A stretch of DNA of 64,000 nt from a virus (Duplodnaviria > Heunggongvirae > Uroviricota > Caudoviricetes): IMG/VR virus record IMGVR_UViG_3300003310_000099, positions 42,295 to 106,294 of that record. One strand, 5' to 3'. Below, in pieces: positions 49,715 to 58,938 of the stretch (positions are counted from its first letter, which is position 1; the number at the start of each line of letters is the position of its first letter). The notes beneath the pieces are model-generated. The model saw only the letters and a list, made by a program, of their open reading frames with translations, did no database searches and had not been told where the DNA came from. The translations under genes were made by a program, and so were the position numbers.

Positions 49715-49754
49715 GTTACTAAATAAATACAGCAGGTAAATCCTGCTGTATTTT

Positions 49755-49826
49755 GCGGCTGTAACTCAATGGTAGAGTCCGAGTTTTCCAAACTCGTTGT
49801 TGTGGGTTCAAGTCCCATCAGCCGCT
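49755..49826 (+). tRNA. tRNA-Gly (TCC), second copy
   Basis: Acceptor gcggctg/cagccgc perfect, anticodon arm cgagt-ttTCCaa-actcg, T-arm gtgggTTCAAGTcccat. Confidence 0.65.
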
Positions 49827-49829
49827 CTT

Positions 49830-50078
49830 ATGAGAAATCACTGGACCGATAAGATAGCAATCAAAAAATATTTAGAGTTACTAACGAAAGAGATATCAAG
49901 TCTTTGCGGTGCAGACCCTGTTCTAGTCAGGGCAACCCTTGAAAAAGAGGTTGCCGTCAATCCATTTACCCCTGAAGAAATAGATCAGTTTATGAAGCTC
50001 AGTGATGACGAAATCATCGCTGAAGCTAGACGAATACATGCGTTTTTAACGACTGATTCGAGTTGCGGACTATGGTAG
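49830..50078 (+). CDS. hypothetical protein (82 aa)
   Basis: Internal ATG 4 nt after the tRNA. Confidence 0.4.
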   Translation: MRNHWTDKIAIKKYLELLTKEISSLCGADPVLVRATLEKEVAVNPFTPEEIDQFMKLSDDEIIAEARRIHAFLTTDSSCGLW

Positions 50079-50089
50079 GAGTATTAAAA

Positions 50090-50262
50090 TGCCAAAAGGT
50101 AAGCAGCTTTTTCAACTAGTCATTGTTGGATTAAGTTTTATTGCTCTTGTGAGCAGCGCAATAGTAGCATGTGTTCTACATGATAAAGACATATTTATTG
50201 GCACTGCTTTTGGTATAGCCGCAGTTGGTTTTTGGTCTTGGATAGGCGATGTTTGGAGTTAA
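50090..50262 (+). CDS. small membrane protein (57 aa, 2 TM)
   Basis: MPKGKQLFQLVIVGLSFIALVSSAIVACV…GIAAVGFWSWIG. Below the track cut-off. Confidence 0.35.
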
Positions 50263-50759
50263 GCTACTTTACGTTTTCTGTATCTAAGTTTCATCATTGC
50301 AAATCTTGCCCAGAGTCTTTTGGCTGGTCGTAGGAAGTAGTGGCCGACAAAACCACCTATCTTCTTCATGCCCAGCCTTTTTCTTATTACATTCTCCAAA
50401 TTAGTCAATTGACACTCAACTCTTGTGGTTGAGAAGAACCATATAAATGTCATGGAAGGCAATGCAAGATACCAAGGTGCATAAATTGGTAGCAGAAAGA
50501 ATGAGAATAATACGCCGATAACCAACAAGATATGAAACACAACAAGAACATAAAAGCAAATCCAAAGCCATAAAGGTGCAGGCGGTAGCGGCTTATCAAC
50601 AACTGCTCTTAAACCAGAAAGGAACTTTTTAGTAATTTCGTTTTCACTATTTTTACCAATTTCCTCATCGAGTTTAATAAGCAGTTCTTTAAGTTTGTCT
50701 TCTGGTAGAAATGTTTGGGTAATTGTTACGATACGGAGAGAGTCATCGTTTACAGCCAT
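50259..50759 (-). CDS. membrane protein (166 aa from internal Met)
   Basis: Minus strand, with three hydrophobic helices. The track start at 50879 would overlap the divergent map gene, so MAVNDDS at 50759 is preferred. Confidence 0.4.
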   Translation of the reverse strand: MAVNDDSLRIVTITQTFLPEDKLKELLIKLDEEIGKNSENEITKKFLSGLRAVVDKPLPPAPLWLWICFYVLVVFHILLVIGVLFSFFLLPIYAPWYLALPSMTFIWFFSTTRVECQLTNLENVIRKRLGMKKIGGFVGHYFLRPAKRLWARFAMMKLRYRKRKVA

Positions 50760-50865
50760 TTGGTTCTCCTTTGAACTATATAGTAATATCACCTTGTTGT
50801 TTTTGGCAACAGGAAATTGAAAAAATCCACTTGTGCAAATTTTCAATAAATGCGACAATTCAGGC

Positions 50866-51642
50866 ATGGACAAAATCATTATAAAAAACCAGAAACAAAT
50901 AGTTGGTATTGATAAAAGTTGTCGGTTAGCCGCAGCTGTGCTTCAACATGTCAAAGGGTTTGTGGTTCCTGGCGTCACCACCGAAGAACTTGATAAAATA
51001 GTAGATGACTATATCAGGTCTAAAGGGGCTACGCCAGCAACTTATAATTATAGAGGTTTTCATCATGGACAACCCAACTATCCAAAAAGTTCGTGCATTT
51101 CAGTAAATGAGGAAGTATGCCATAGCGTACCAGATAGTAGAATTCTTAAAAATGGTGATATCGTCAGTATAGATGTGACCACTATATTGAATGGTTATTA
51201 TGGTGATACCTGTATTACATTTCCAGTAGGTGAAATATCTGAAGATGCCAAGCATTTACTTAAAGTGACTGAAAAATGTTTAGATATAGGAATTAGACAA
51301 GTTGCTCCAGGTCGTAGAACTGGTTTAATTGGCCATGCGATTCATCAATATGCAATTTTGCAAGGCTGTACGGTTGTAGAGCAGTTTTGCGGGCATGGTG
51401 TTGGGTTGGAATTCCATGAAGCGCCCCAGATTCTTCATGTTGCAAAGAAGGAAGATGGGGTTATAATGGTGCCAGGGATGGTGTTTACTGTAGAACCCAT
51501 GATAAATCTAGGTGGCCCAGACGTAATTATGGATGACGTAGATCAATGGACTGTCAGAACAACAGATGGAAGCTTGTCAGCGCAATTTGAGCATACAATT
51601 TTAGTCACCGATTCTGGTTTTGAAATTTTGACCTTACCATGA
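50866..51642 (+). CDS. map: methionine aminopeptidase, type I
   Basis: 258 aa. Metal-ligand context D(IVSID), GHGVG, FTVEPM and EHTILVTD is typical of MetAP1 / the M24 family. Confidence 0.8.
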   Translation: MDKIIIKNQKQIVGIDKSCRLAAAVLQHVKGFVVPGVTTEELDKIVDDYIRSKGATPATYNYRGFHHGQPNYPKSSCISVNEEVCHSVPDSRILKNGDIVSIDVTTILNGYYGDTCITFPVGEISEDAKHLLKVTEKCLDIGIRQVAPGRRTGLIGHAIHQYAILQGCTVVEQFCGHGVGLEFHEAPQILHVAKKEDGVIMVPGMVFTVEPMINLGGPDVIMDDVDQWTVRTTDGSLSAQFEHTILVTDSGFEILTLP

Positions 51643-51881
51643 TCTATTGCATACTAATAGCTAACTGTTTAGCAATGACATTGGGTTTTTATCTGGCATA
51701 TGACCAACAGTTCACCACAGGGATCGTTTGCTTTTTAATCTCATTTATCGGGTTCAGACAGCTTTGTATAGAACTAGATAAGCCCAAGAAAAAACGTAAA
51801 AAGAAACCCAAAATGGTAAGACCAAAACAGAAAATGTCTATAGAATCACAAATTAGACTCGATAAGTTCTCCATGAATTGA
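51639..51881 (+). CDS. small membrane protein with basic tail (80 aa)
   Basis: TM-rich N-terminus, then KPKKKRKKKPKMVRPKQK. Confidence 0.4.
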   Translation: MIYCILIANCLAMTLGFYLAYDQQFTTGIVCFLISFIGFRQLCIELDKPKKKRKKKPKMVRPKQKMSIESQIRLDKFSMN

Positions 51882-51888
51882 GGATGAT

Positions 51889-52641
51889 ATGCTAGAAATT
51901 ATTGGTTTAATTTTGATCGTCCTGGTCAGTGTACATTTAGTCGTCTCTGCAAGGAGAGGTGGCAAAACTGTCTTTATGGGTAAGTCTGAAAGCATAGACT
52001 TCAATAAAGATATTACAACAATGGTTCCATTGCCGTTGGCTGCTGCCACTTGTAGTCATCATTGGGATATTATTGATGATAAAATGCTCGATATGCCTCA
52101 TGAAAAAAAACATGTACTAGTATTACAATGTCGCACTTGCGGCTCATTAGACAAGACAGTGGCGGTGACAAGTGCGGCTCCCAAACCTTTGCCGCCTCCT
52201 CCACCGCCACCATGCAACCACAATTGGATTGCTAACACTGATAGCACTCTTGACGTAGCCCATGAGAAGAAAATCGTTGTAATCTTGACATGTCAAAATT
52301 GTGGTGCTATAGATAAGACAGTAGAAACAACTAGTAAGCCTCCTGCTGTGCCACAACCGCCATTGCCGAAGAGTGAATGTCGGCACAAGTGGGAAGCCGA
52401 GAAGAGGGTGGTGTTGGATTCTGCTTACGAGCAAATGCTTGAGAGTATTAAGGTCAAAACAAACAATTACGGTAGCTCCAAGAAGGTCGATCCTAACAAG
52501 GAATTGGACCTGGACCTAAATAATGCTCCAACTTGGATGTTTAAAAAAACGTATGTTTGTGTTAGGGTATGTACGGTCTGTGGTGAACTAGACAAGACCA
52601 TCGCTTCAAATTTTGAAGAAGGAGAGGAACCAGATGAATGA
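51889..52641 (+). CDS. membrane-anchored protein with four degenerate Cys/His repeats separated by poly-Pro linkers
   Basis: N-terminal TM helix. Repeats of the form C-x-H-x-W…HEKK-[IV]-V…C-x-x-CG-x-[IL]-DKT-[IV]. Linkers PKPLPPPPPPP and PPAVPQPPLP. Confidence 0.45.
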   Translation: MLEIIGLILIVLVSVHLVVSARRGGKTVFMGKSESIDFNKDITTMVPLPLAAATCSHHWDIIDDKMLDMPHEKKHVLVLQCRTCGSLDKTVAVTSAAPKPLPPPPPPPCNHNWIANTDSTLDVAHEKKIVVILTCQNCGAIDKTVETTSKPPAVPQPPLPKSECRHKWEAEKRVVLDSAYEQMLESIKVKTNNYGSSKKVDPNKELDLDLNNAPTWMFKKTYVCVRVCTVCGELDKTIASNFEEGEEPDE

Positions 52642-52816
52642 GTTTACTTGGCCTTGGGAATGGGATTGGAATTGGTGGCTTGTTGGCATTTTTGCCGTAG
52701 GCTTGTTTGTTCTTGGCTTACTCCTATATCTTATCAGTTTCCCTGGTATTAGTGCTGTGGTAATTGGTGGTGTCCTTGGAGGCTTTGCCTCTGCATATGA
52801 TTGGTTTGAACGATAA
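52613..52816 (+). CDS. small membrane protein (67 aa)
   Basis: Trp-rich N-terminus (WPWEWDWNWW), then two TM helices. Confidence 0.4.
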   Translation: MKKERNQMNEFTWPWEWDWNWWLVGIFAVGLFVLGLLLYLISFPGISAVVIGGVLGGFASAYDWFER

Positions 52817-52828
52817 ATAGGTGTTTAA

Positions 52829-53257
52829 ATGAATTTTCATAAATTTTTAGATTTAGTAAAAAATAGTCCATCTATGGATATGCATATTATGCTTCCTGAT
52901 GGGACTTTTGTTCCTTCTCATTTCCATGTAACAGAAGTTGGAAAAGTAAATAAAAAGTTCATAGATTGTGGCGGTACACACAGAGAAGTTAATTCCTGTG
53001 TCCTACAAGTATGGGTTGCGCACGATGTTGACCATCGTTTAAAATCAGATAAATTAGCAAAAATACTAAACCTAGCTCAGCCAGTGTTAGGTGCAGAAGA
53101 TTTGCCTTTAGAAATTGAATATGGTGGTGAGTATGTATCGCAATATCCTGTTGGAAGTGTTGAAATAACCCCTAAAGGACTATTACTTTTACTTGGCTCA
53201 AAACACACAGAATGCCTTGCACCTGACAAGTGTGGGGTTAGCGGTTGCTGTAATTAG
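52829..53257 (+). CDS. hypothetical protein (142 aa)
   Basis: ORF. Confidence 0.45.
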   Translation: MNFHKFLDLVKNSPSMDMHIMLPDGTFVPSHFHVTEVGKVNKKFIDCGGTHREVNSCVLQVWVAHDVDHRLKSDKLAKILNLAQPVLGAEDLPLEIEYGGEYVSQYPVGSVEITPKGLLLLLGSKHTECLAPDKCGVSGCCN

Positions 53258-53266
53258 GAGTTTGTA

Positions 53267-53623
53267 ATGCAAGATTTTAGCAGAAATATGGGCGACCATA
53301 TTCTTTTTACTCTGTTACAACTATCAGACGATAAGAACAACAGAGATGGTCTGTCAACCGAAATGTCTGGCCATGTAAAAGAAGATATAGAAGCTTTCGC
53401 TGCCAAACCTTATTCAGATCAGGAATTGTACGATTTTCTTGATAAAATCTCACAAATTCCTGTAACGAAGTTTAAGGATGGCGACCGACAATTCTGCATT
53501 GGCCACATAAGCAGTTTTATGCAGGCTGTGTGTTCTGTAAAACAATTTTACATAAGGCCAGAAGCTGGTGAAAAGAAACCTCTCGACAGAGAGGCTTGTA
53601 GAAAGAGTTTGGAGAAATCATGA
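53267..53623 (+). CDS. hypothetical protein (118 aa)
   Basis: ORF. Confidence 0.45.
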   Translation: MQDFSRNMGDHILFTLLQLSDDKNNRDGLSTEMSGHVKEDIEAFAAKPYSDQELYDFLDKISQIPVTKFKDGDRQFCIGHISSFMQAVCSVKQFYIRPEAGEKKPLDREACRKSLEKS

Positions 53624-54054
53624 ACACTACAATGATCCTTGGATTTAATAAAGAAAACAGATTCCTGTCTAATTTCTACCCAGCTACGGTTGAGCTAGAT
53701 GGCCTGGAATACAGTTCGACCGAACATGCTTACCAAGCAGCAAAAACCATTGATCCTGCTGAAAGACGTAGGATTCGAGAGTCCCAGAAGCCTGGTGATG
53801 CCAAAAAGCTTGGCAAACAGGTCAAAATTCGCACGGATTGGGAACAAGTAAAATTCCAGGTTATGGAAGACTTAGTAAGGCAAAAATTTACTAAACACAA
53901 AGAGTTAAAGGAAAAACTCTTAGAAACAGGTGACAAATACTTAGAAGAGACAAACACCTGGGGTGATGTAATTTGGGGAGTATGTAAAGGAAAAGGTGAA
54001 AACCATCTTGGCAAAATCTTAATGAAGGTAAGAGACGAGCTTAAAACTCCCTGA
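53620..54054 (+). CDS. NADAR (YbiA-like) domain protein
   Basis: FLSNFYP…EYSSTEHAYQAAK…PGDAKKLGKQVKIRTDWEQVKFQVMEDLVRQKF…GENHLGKILMKVR matches the NADAR / YbiA signature along its full length. Confidence 0.8.
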   Translation: MNTTMILGFNKENRFLSNFYPATVELDGLEYSSTEHAYQAAKTIDPAERRRIRESQKPGDAKKLGKQVKIRTDWEQVKFQVMEDLVRQKFTKHKELKEKLLETGDKYLEETNTWGDVIWGVCKGKGENHLGKILMKVRDELKTP

Positions 54055-54373
54055 GATACCTTCTCTTGAGTTCTTCATAATTCTTTTTAGACCTATAAGT
54101 TTGTCTTAATAGGCTTAGAACTATAGTTGTGAAGAAATTATATGCCACGCCTTTGGTTCTGTCATATCTTGGCAGTTTCTCCCAGCATATCATGACACCT
54201 TCTTGAATGGCGTCATCATTGTCAATAATTTTGGTATTGAAATATTTAACAACATGTTCAGCGAGCCAATAAAATGCCTCGCTGAGCTTTTCTTTATCTA
54301 TTTTACCATCCAGGTAATCGCAAACTGCTTTTTCAAATTTGGCATCTGTCATTCTTAACCAATAATTTTTCAT
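54041..54373 (-). CDS. sigma-factor-like protein (ECF region-2-like)
   Basis: DDAIQEGVMICWEKLPRYDRTKGVAYNFFTTIVLSLLRQTYRSKK parallels ECF sigma region 2 (D…QETF…W..L..F…F..WL..IA.N…D..RR). Only 110 aa. Confidence 0.4.
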   Translation of the reverse strand: MKNYWLRMTDAKFEKAVCDYLDGKIDKEKLSEAFYWLAEHVVKYFNTKIIDNDDAIQEGVMICWEKLPRYDRTKGVAYNFFTTIVLSLLRQTYRSKKNYEELKRRYLREF

Positions 54374-54376
54374 AAC

Positions 54377-54595
54377 TTAAGAGAGTTTGACTATATCTTT
54401 AATTACCTTTTCTAGCAATTTTCCTCTCTTTTCTTCTGATACATTATGAATTAGACCATTGAGTTTAATGACCCACTGTTCTAATTGATTAACAATTAAG
54501 GCGTAATCTTGACTGACATTTAATTCTACATTGCTGTTTGTGAGAGCGGCTACCTCTTCATCTTTGTTCTGCGTGAGCCATTCGTTAAATTTCAT
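54377..54595 (-). CDS. hypothetical protein (72 aa)
   Basis: Minus-strand ORF adjacent to the sigma-like gene. Confidence 0.4.
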   Translation of the reverse strand: MKFNEWLTQNKDEEVAALTNSNVELNVSQDYALIVNQLEQWVIKLNGLIHNVSEEKRGKLLEKVIKDIVKLS

Positions 54596-54743
54596 ATTTT
54601 ATATATTAAGCTTATATATTTTAAATGAAGAATTTTTGGCTCGACCGCAGAAAAGAACGACAAAGTAAAAGAAATAGAAACATTAATCTTGCTGATTTCA
54701 ACAAAAAACTTCTTGCAAAGATGATCCAAGCCAGGAAGAAACC

Positions 54744-55178
54744 TTAAGCGAACACAAGTGCAGCAGAAACAACGTTGAAATAAAGTGGATGTTTTAACCC
54801 CATAGCAATATCCTCATTCTCATTTGCAGTTTCACGAACGTCTATTTCATGATACATAATTTCCAAGAATATTTTTTTCTTCCAGAGTGGTTCCCTGGTC
54901 CACTGTACCAGTTTTTGCAACATGCCATTAATATGGTCCTTATTCTTGGCGATTGCCGAGCCTTTTGCTTCAAGATTTAGTTGTGTGCCTTGAGTAGCTT
55001 TTTCTTCGTTGATAAGCTCAAATTTGATTTCATTGATGCCAAATCCATTAACTCTTGGTGTTTGACTCAAAGTTTCGTTAATAACAATCTGTATTTCCCT
55101 CATTGCTTCTCGGCCATCTGGGGAAATACCCTCTGTTAATATCTCATTTCTTTTATCGACATAATGCTGGAAGTCCAT
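54744..55178 (-). CDS. hypothetical protein (144 aa)
   Basis: Minus-strand ORF, divergent from purC. Confidence 0.4.
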   Translation of the reverse strand: MDFQHYVDKRNEILTEGISPDGREAMREIQIVINETLSQTPRVNGFGINEIKFELINEEKATQGTQLNLEAKGSAIAKNKDHINGMLQKLVQWTREPLWKKKIFLEIMYHEIDVRETANENEDIAMGLKHPLYFNVVSAALVFA

Positions 55179-55222
55179 ATTGAATATATACTATTGACTC
55201 GCCTCATTTTTTTTGATACTAT

Positions 55223-56119
55223 TTGATTATGAATGGTATTTACAAAACAGAAATTCCGAATTACACCTCCAAGAGAGGCAAAGTGCGAGACACTTATTCT
55301 CTTGGTGACACCATGTTAATCATCATAACCACTGACAGAATCAGTGCTTTTGACCATGTATTCCCTGAAACCACTATCCCTGATAAGGGGAAAGTTCTTC
55401 AGGGAATTTCTTGTTATTGGGCTGAGGCTTTAGACCTTAACTACCATTTAATTAGTACAGATTTAAACCGCCTCCCAGAAGATTTTAGAAAACCAGAATT
55501 TGAAGGCCGAGCAATGTTGGTGGAGAAGGCTGAAGTAATTCCTTTTGAGTGTGTTGTGAGGGGATTTTTGGCTGGGTCCGCTTGGAAAGAATACCAACAA
55601 ACAGGCTCAGTCTGTGGTATAGCTTTGCCAAAAGGCTTGAAAGAGAACCAACAGCTTATTAAGCCTATATTTACTCCAGCAACAAAGGCAGACAATGGAC
55701 ATGACCAAAATGTGACTTTTGATTATATGTCCAGTAAAATCGGACTTGATCTAGCTGCCGAATTAGAAGCCATGAGCTTGGAGATTTATACGGATGCAGC
55801 ACAGGTAGCTTGGCAAAACGGCATTATAATAGCTGATACTAAGTTTGAATTCGGTGTCATGGCTCATGCAAGCAATACTTTAATGCTCATAGATGAGGTT
55901 TTAACACCTGATAGTTCACGTTTCTGGCCATTAGAAGACTATAAATTAAACGCCCCTATTAATTCATTTGATAAGCAATTTGTAAGGGATTGGGTTGAAC
56001 AATCTGGTTGGGATAAGAATAGTGAGCCACCTCCACTGCCAGAAGAGGTAGTGACTAAAACTAGGGATAAATACTTAGAGGCTTATGAGAAGATTACAGG
56101 GGTGAGTTTATGCAAGTAA
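55223..56119 (+). CDS. purC: phosphoribosylaminoimidazole-succinocarboxamide synthase (SAICAR synthetase, PurC)
   Basis: GKVRDTYS…LIIITTDRISAFD…IADTKFEFG motifs are typical of the PurC family. 298 aa. Confidence 0.8.
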   Translation: MIMNGIYKTEIPNYTSKRGKVRDTYSLGDTMLIIITTDRISAFDHVFPETTIPDKGKVLQGISCYWAEALDLNYHLISTDLNRLPEDFRKPEFEGRAMLVEKAEVIPFECVVRGFLAGSAWKEYQQTGSVCGIALPKGLKENQQLIKPIFTPATKADNGHDQNVTFDYMSSKIGLDLAAELEAMSLEIYTDAAQVAWQNGIIIADTKFEFGVMAHASNTLMLIDEVLTPDSSRFWPLEDYKLNAPINSFDKQFVRDWVEQSGWDKNSEPPPLPEEVVTKTRDKYLEAYEKITGVSLCK

Positions 56120-56352
56120 TAAAACCAGTCCAAACAACTGCAATTGTAGATGTTATTTGCGACATTTGTGATAAGAGTTGTTGTGGTGTGGGTGGTTATG
56201 AATATGTGGCCATAGAACATATGTGGGGTTACTATTCTAATAAGGATGGCACGAAGACTGAGTGTGATATTTGTGAAAGTTGTTTTGCCAAGGTGCAAGA
56301 TTTTATTGTTAATACTTTAAAGGGGAAGGTGAGAGAAATCTCATTTGATTAA
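56110..56352 (+). CDS. hypothetical zinc-finger protein (80 aa)
   Basis: CDICDKSCC…CDICESC. Confidence 0.4.
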   Translation: MQVIKPVQTTAIVDVICDICDKSCCGVGGYEYVAIEHMWGYYSNKDGTKTECDICESCFAKVQDFIVNTLKGKVREISFD

Positions 56353-56354
56353 TT

Positions 56355-56627
56355 ATGTTTATTTGTACATTTTGTAGAAAATCAGTTCCAGCAGGCACAC
56401 ACTGTAAAAAAGTAGTTACAAAGACAGTGATGTTCCAACATCCACATCGTCCAAGGGTACACAAGAGATGGGGTGTGGATAAGCAAGGAAAACCAAGGAT
56501 TGAGTGGATTGATGATAAAGGTGGTGTAGGTCCACAAATCGTGCAGGAAGTCGCTGCATGTCCAGAGTGTGGTGCAGAACAAGAAAGGAAGAAAGCGGCA
56601 GCACAACAAAATTTGAGGTTAATATGA
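56355..56627 (+). CDS. hypothetical zinc-ribbon protein (90 aa)
   Basis: CTFCRK…CPECG. Confidence 0.4.
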   Translation: MFICTFCRKSVPAGTHCKKVVTKTVMFQHPHRPRVHKRWGVDKQGKPRIEWIDDKGGVGPQIVQEVAACPECGAEQERKKAAAQQNLRLI

Positions 56628-57349
56628 AAGGTGTAATACTTTGTGGCGGGTCAGGAACCCGTCTTAAACCGCTCACTAACATTATAAATAAGCATTTATT
56701 GCCAGTTTATAATCAGCCAATGATTTATTACCCTATTCGTACATTAGTGAATAGTGGTATAAGAGACATAATGTTGGTTTGTGGAGGAAACAATGCAGGT
56801 GATTTTCTAAGAGTTGTAGGCAATGGCCAAGAATTCGGGCTTAAACATGTAGCTTACACCTACCAAAAAGAAGCTGGGGGCATTGCCCAAGCTCTATCCT
56901 TGGCAGAAGATTGGGTTAATAATGAACCTGTATGCGTAATTCTTGGTGATAATATCATTCACCAACCTATTTCTAATTACGTCGATATGTTTACAAATAA
57001 CCCAGATTATGCAAGGATTTTCTTAACTGAAGTAGATCACCCAGAATGGTATGGAGTTGTTAGTCTTAATGACAAAGGTGATGTAGTCAAGATTACTGAA
57101 AAACCAAAGTCTCCAAAGTCAAACTTGATTGCGGTCGGGTTATACATGTACGAAGAAACAGTATGGAAATACATCAAGTCTCTTACTGTTTCAGCTAGAA
57201 AGGAACTAGAAGTAACTGATTTAAACAATGTTTACTTAAAGAATCGCAAGTTGAAGGCTCACAAACTTGATGGTTTCTGGGGTGATGCTGGGGAAAGTAT
57301 TGATACTTACCTTAATACTTGCATTAAGGTAAGAGAAATATTTAAATAA
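56624..57349 (+). CDS. sugar-phosphate nucleotidyltransferase (RmlA / glucose-1-phosphate thymidylyltransferase-like)
   Basis: GVILCGGSGTRLKPLT signature (GxGTRLxPLT). The internal ATG at 56624 is preferred over the track start. Confidence 0.7.
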   Translation: MKGVILCGGSGTRLKPLTNIINKHLLPVYNQPMIYYPIRTLVNSGIRDIMLVCGGNNAGDFLRVVGNGQEFGLKHVAYTYQKEAGGIAQALSLAEDWVNNEPVCVILGDNIIHQPISNYVDMFTNNPDYARIFLTEVDHPEWYGVVSLNDKGDVVKITEKPKSPKSNLIAVGLYMYEETVWKYIKSLTVSARKELEVTDLNNVYLKNRKLKAHKLDGFWGDAGESIDTYLNTCIKVREIFK

Positions 57350-57363
57350 GTTTAAATATAGGT

Positions 57364-57591
57364 GTGGATATATTAGACGAGAAGATAGTTCACCAGAACG
57401 GCCCTTACAAAAGGGTCAAACGTTGGATTAGAGGAATATATCCAGAATTAGGCATAATACACAAAGGACTCACAGGCTGGGAAACAGTTGTTGAGAAAGA
57501 TGTGATTGTGCCTAATCACACTTTTATTGTGGTGGAGAGTAAGTGTAACTCGCAGGAGGCGATTGCCAACCATGAAGATACCACCCAATGA
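57364..57591 (+). CDS. hypothetical protein (75 aa)
   Basis: Last plus-strand ORF before the strand switch. Confidence 0.4.
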   Translation: MDILDEKIVHQNGPYKRVKRWIRGIYPELGIIHKGLTGWETVVEKDVIVPNHTFIVVESKCNSQEAIANHEDTTQ

Positions 57592-57861
57592 TATTGCCTT
57601 CGTTGCTAAAAACTGTAAGAGGCGTCACTATTACGCCTCTTTCTTGAGCCTCTTGAATAGCAGCAGCGCAAGTTTTCCAGTTCTCTTCTAAGTCGAATCT
57701 TGGGTCGAATTTTAAGGTCACTTCGGGAACCAATGTCATAATGGTTAGTCTCCAAATACAGCCATAATTAACAAACACACAATTACAACGACACCTAATA
57801 CCATAGCTATTTGAACTTCTTTGTCCAAAGCATGGAATGCATTTATAAGTTCAGTCATGTA

Positions 57862-58230
57862 CTAATAGAGTTTCAAATCTCCAGTTATTTCGTTAATTTT
57901 AGACTCTTCATGAGGCCCAATTGCCAACGCAGTCCTAGTAGGCACCCCATCAAATTCAGTCTTGCCAGCATCCGTAACCATATGCACAGTAAGACCTTTC
58001 AACTTAGCCCTATTGAAAACATCCAGTAGTTCCTCTTCGCTATTAACTTGTAGGGTTATTTTAGTGAAGGAACCATCGAGCCATTCTCGTTGTTCATTGG
58101 TTAAGTGTTTCTTGCTGCGCATAGCTTCGCTCATCCAAATCATGGCAGCGTGGGCACCTTGGGCAATTTCCTTGCCTCTGCGCATTTTCAGATCACGGCG
58201 TATCACTATTACTTGTTTGACTTCCTGCAT
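57862..58230 (-). CDS. peptidyl-tRNA hydrolase, PTH2 family
   Basis: VIVIRRDLKMRRGKEIAQGAHAA…GLTVHMVTDAGKTEF…LAIGP…GDLKLY is colinear with archaeal/eukaryotic Pth2 (…RTDLKMGKGKIAAQCSHAA…DAGRT…LGIGP…GHLKLY). Confidence 0.8.
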   Translation of the reverse strand: MQEVKQVIVIRRDLKMRRGKEIAQGAHAAMIWMSEAMRSKKHLTNEQREWLDGSFTKITLQVNSEEELLDVFNRAKLKGLTVHMVTDAGKTEFDGVPTRTALAIGPHEESKINEITGDLKLY

Positions 58231-58606
58231 CGTTCACCCTTTTTGCAAGACTTTCGATATGGGCATTCAGCCTTTTATCTAGTTCGTTCTTAGCTTTTTC
58301 TAGTTCTAAAGCTTGCTTTCTAACCACTTCTAAACCTTCTTGCTGCCACTCATTGACACGTTTCTGTGCTTTTAATAGCAATAATGAAGGCAGGGCTTCA
58401 ACCTTTTCACTATCAACGCTTATCCAACTGACAGCAGCACCATGATGTGAACCACCATCACTACGGACTGATTCAACATGGAAAGCCCAATTATCTTTTT
58501 GTTTTTTGAAGACAATACGATAAGTGGTTTCTGGGAAAATACCTTCCAAGAAACTGATAATTTCAGCGCATTGTTCTTGCCAATTCATGAAGGTATCCTT
58601 TACCAA
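58193..58606 (-). CDS. hypothetical coiled-coil protein (137 aa)
   Basis: Minus-strand ORF. Confidence 0.4.
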   Translation of the reverse strand: MVKDTFMNWQEQCAEIISFLEGIFPETTYRIVFKKQKDNWAFHVESVRSDGGSHHGAAVSWISVDSEKVEALPSLLLLKAQKRVNEWQQEGLEVVRKQALELEKAKNELDKRLNAHIESLAKRVNDAGSQTSNSDTP

Positions 58607-58938
58607 TCGTCCCCAATTTCTTCAGAAAAATCACAGCCGCCAAGCTGAGTCCATTTGCATTTCAATGTAAGACTTGTACCCATATTCCAGTTTCTTTGCT
58701 CAAGAACCAAACGCCCACTACCACATTTAGGGCATTTATCATAGTTTGGAGCTTCGTTATATTTAGCCATTCGTGCATATTCGGTTGGAGTAGGGATGAA
58801 CATCCAACAGCGATGCCCTTCTGCTTCACGTTTTGCAGTTTCACACTGCTCAGCAAGCATCTTGGCAAATTCTTTTTGTGTTTCAGTGTCTGCTTCTTCA
58901 AGCAGAATTGCCTTCAACTTATTAGGATCATCACTCAT
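58600..58938 (-). CDS. hypothetical zinc-ribbon protein (112 aa)
   Basis: CPKCGSG…CKW. Confidence 0.4.
   Translation of the reverse strand: MSDDPNKLKAILLEEADTETQKEFAKMLAEQCETAKREAEGHRCWMFIPTPTEYARMAKYNEAPNYDKCPKCGSGRLVLEQRNWNMGTSLTLKCKWTQLGGCDFSEEIGDDW

Noticed and set aside
57524-57778. Track ORF 57524..57778 (−, 84 aa) and other overlapping antisense ORFs such as 10164..10382, 15367..15702, 16045..16497, 18707..19078 and 27803..28072
   Set aside because: They are entirely antisense to, or embedded in, longer and better-supported genes with recognisable domains. They were treated as shadow ORFs.
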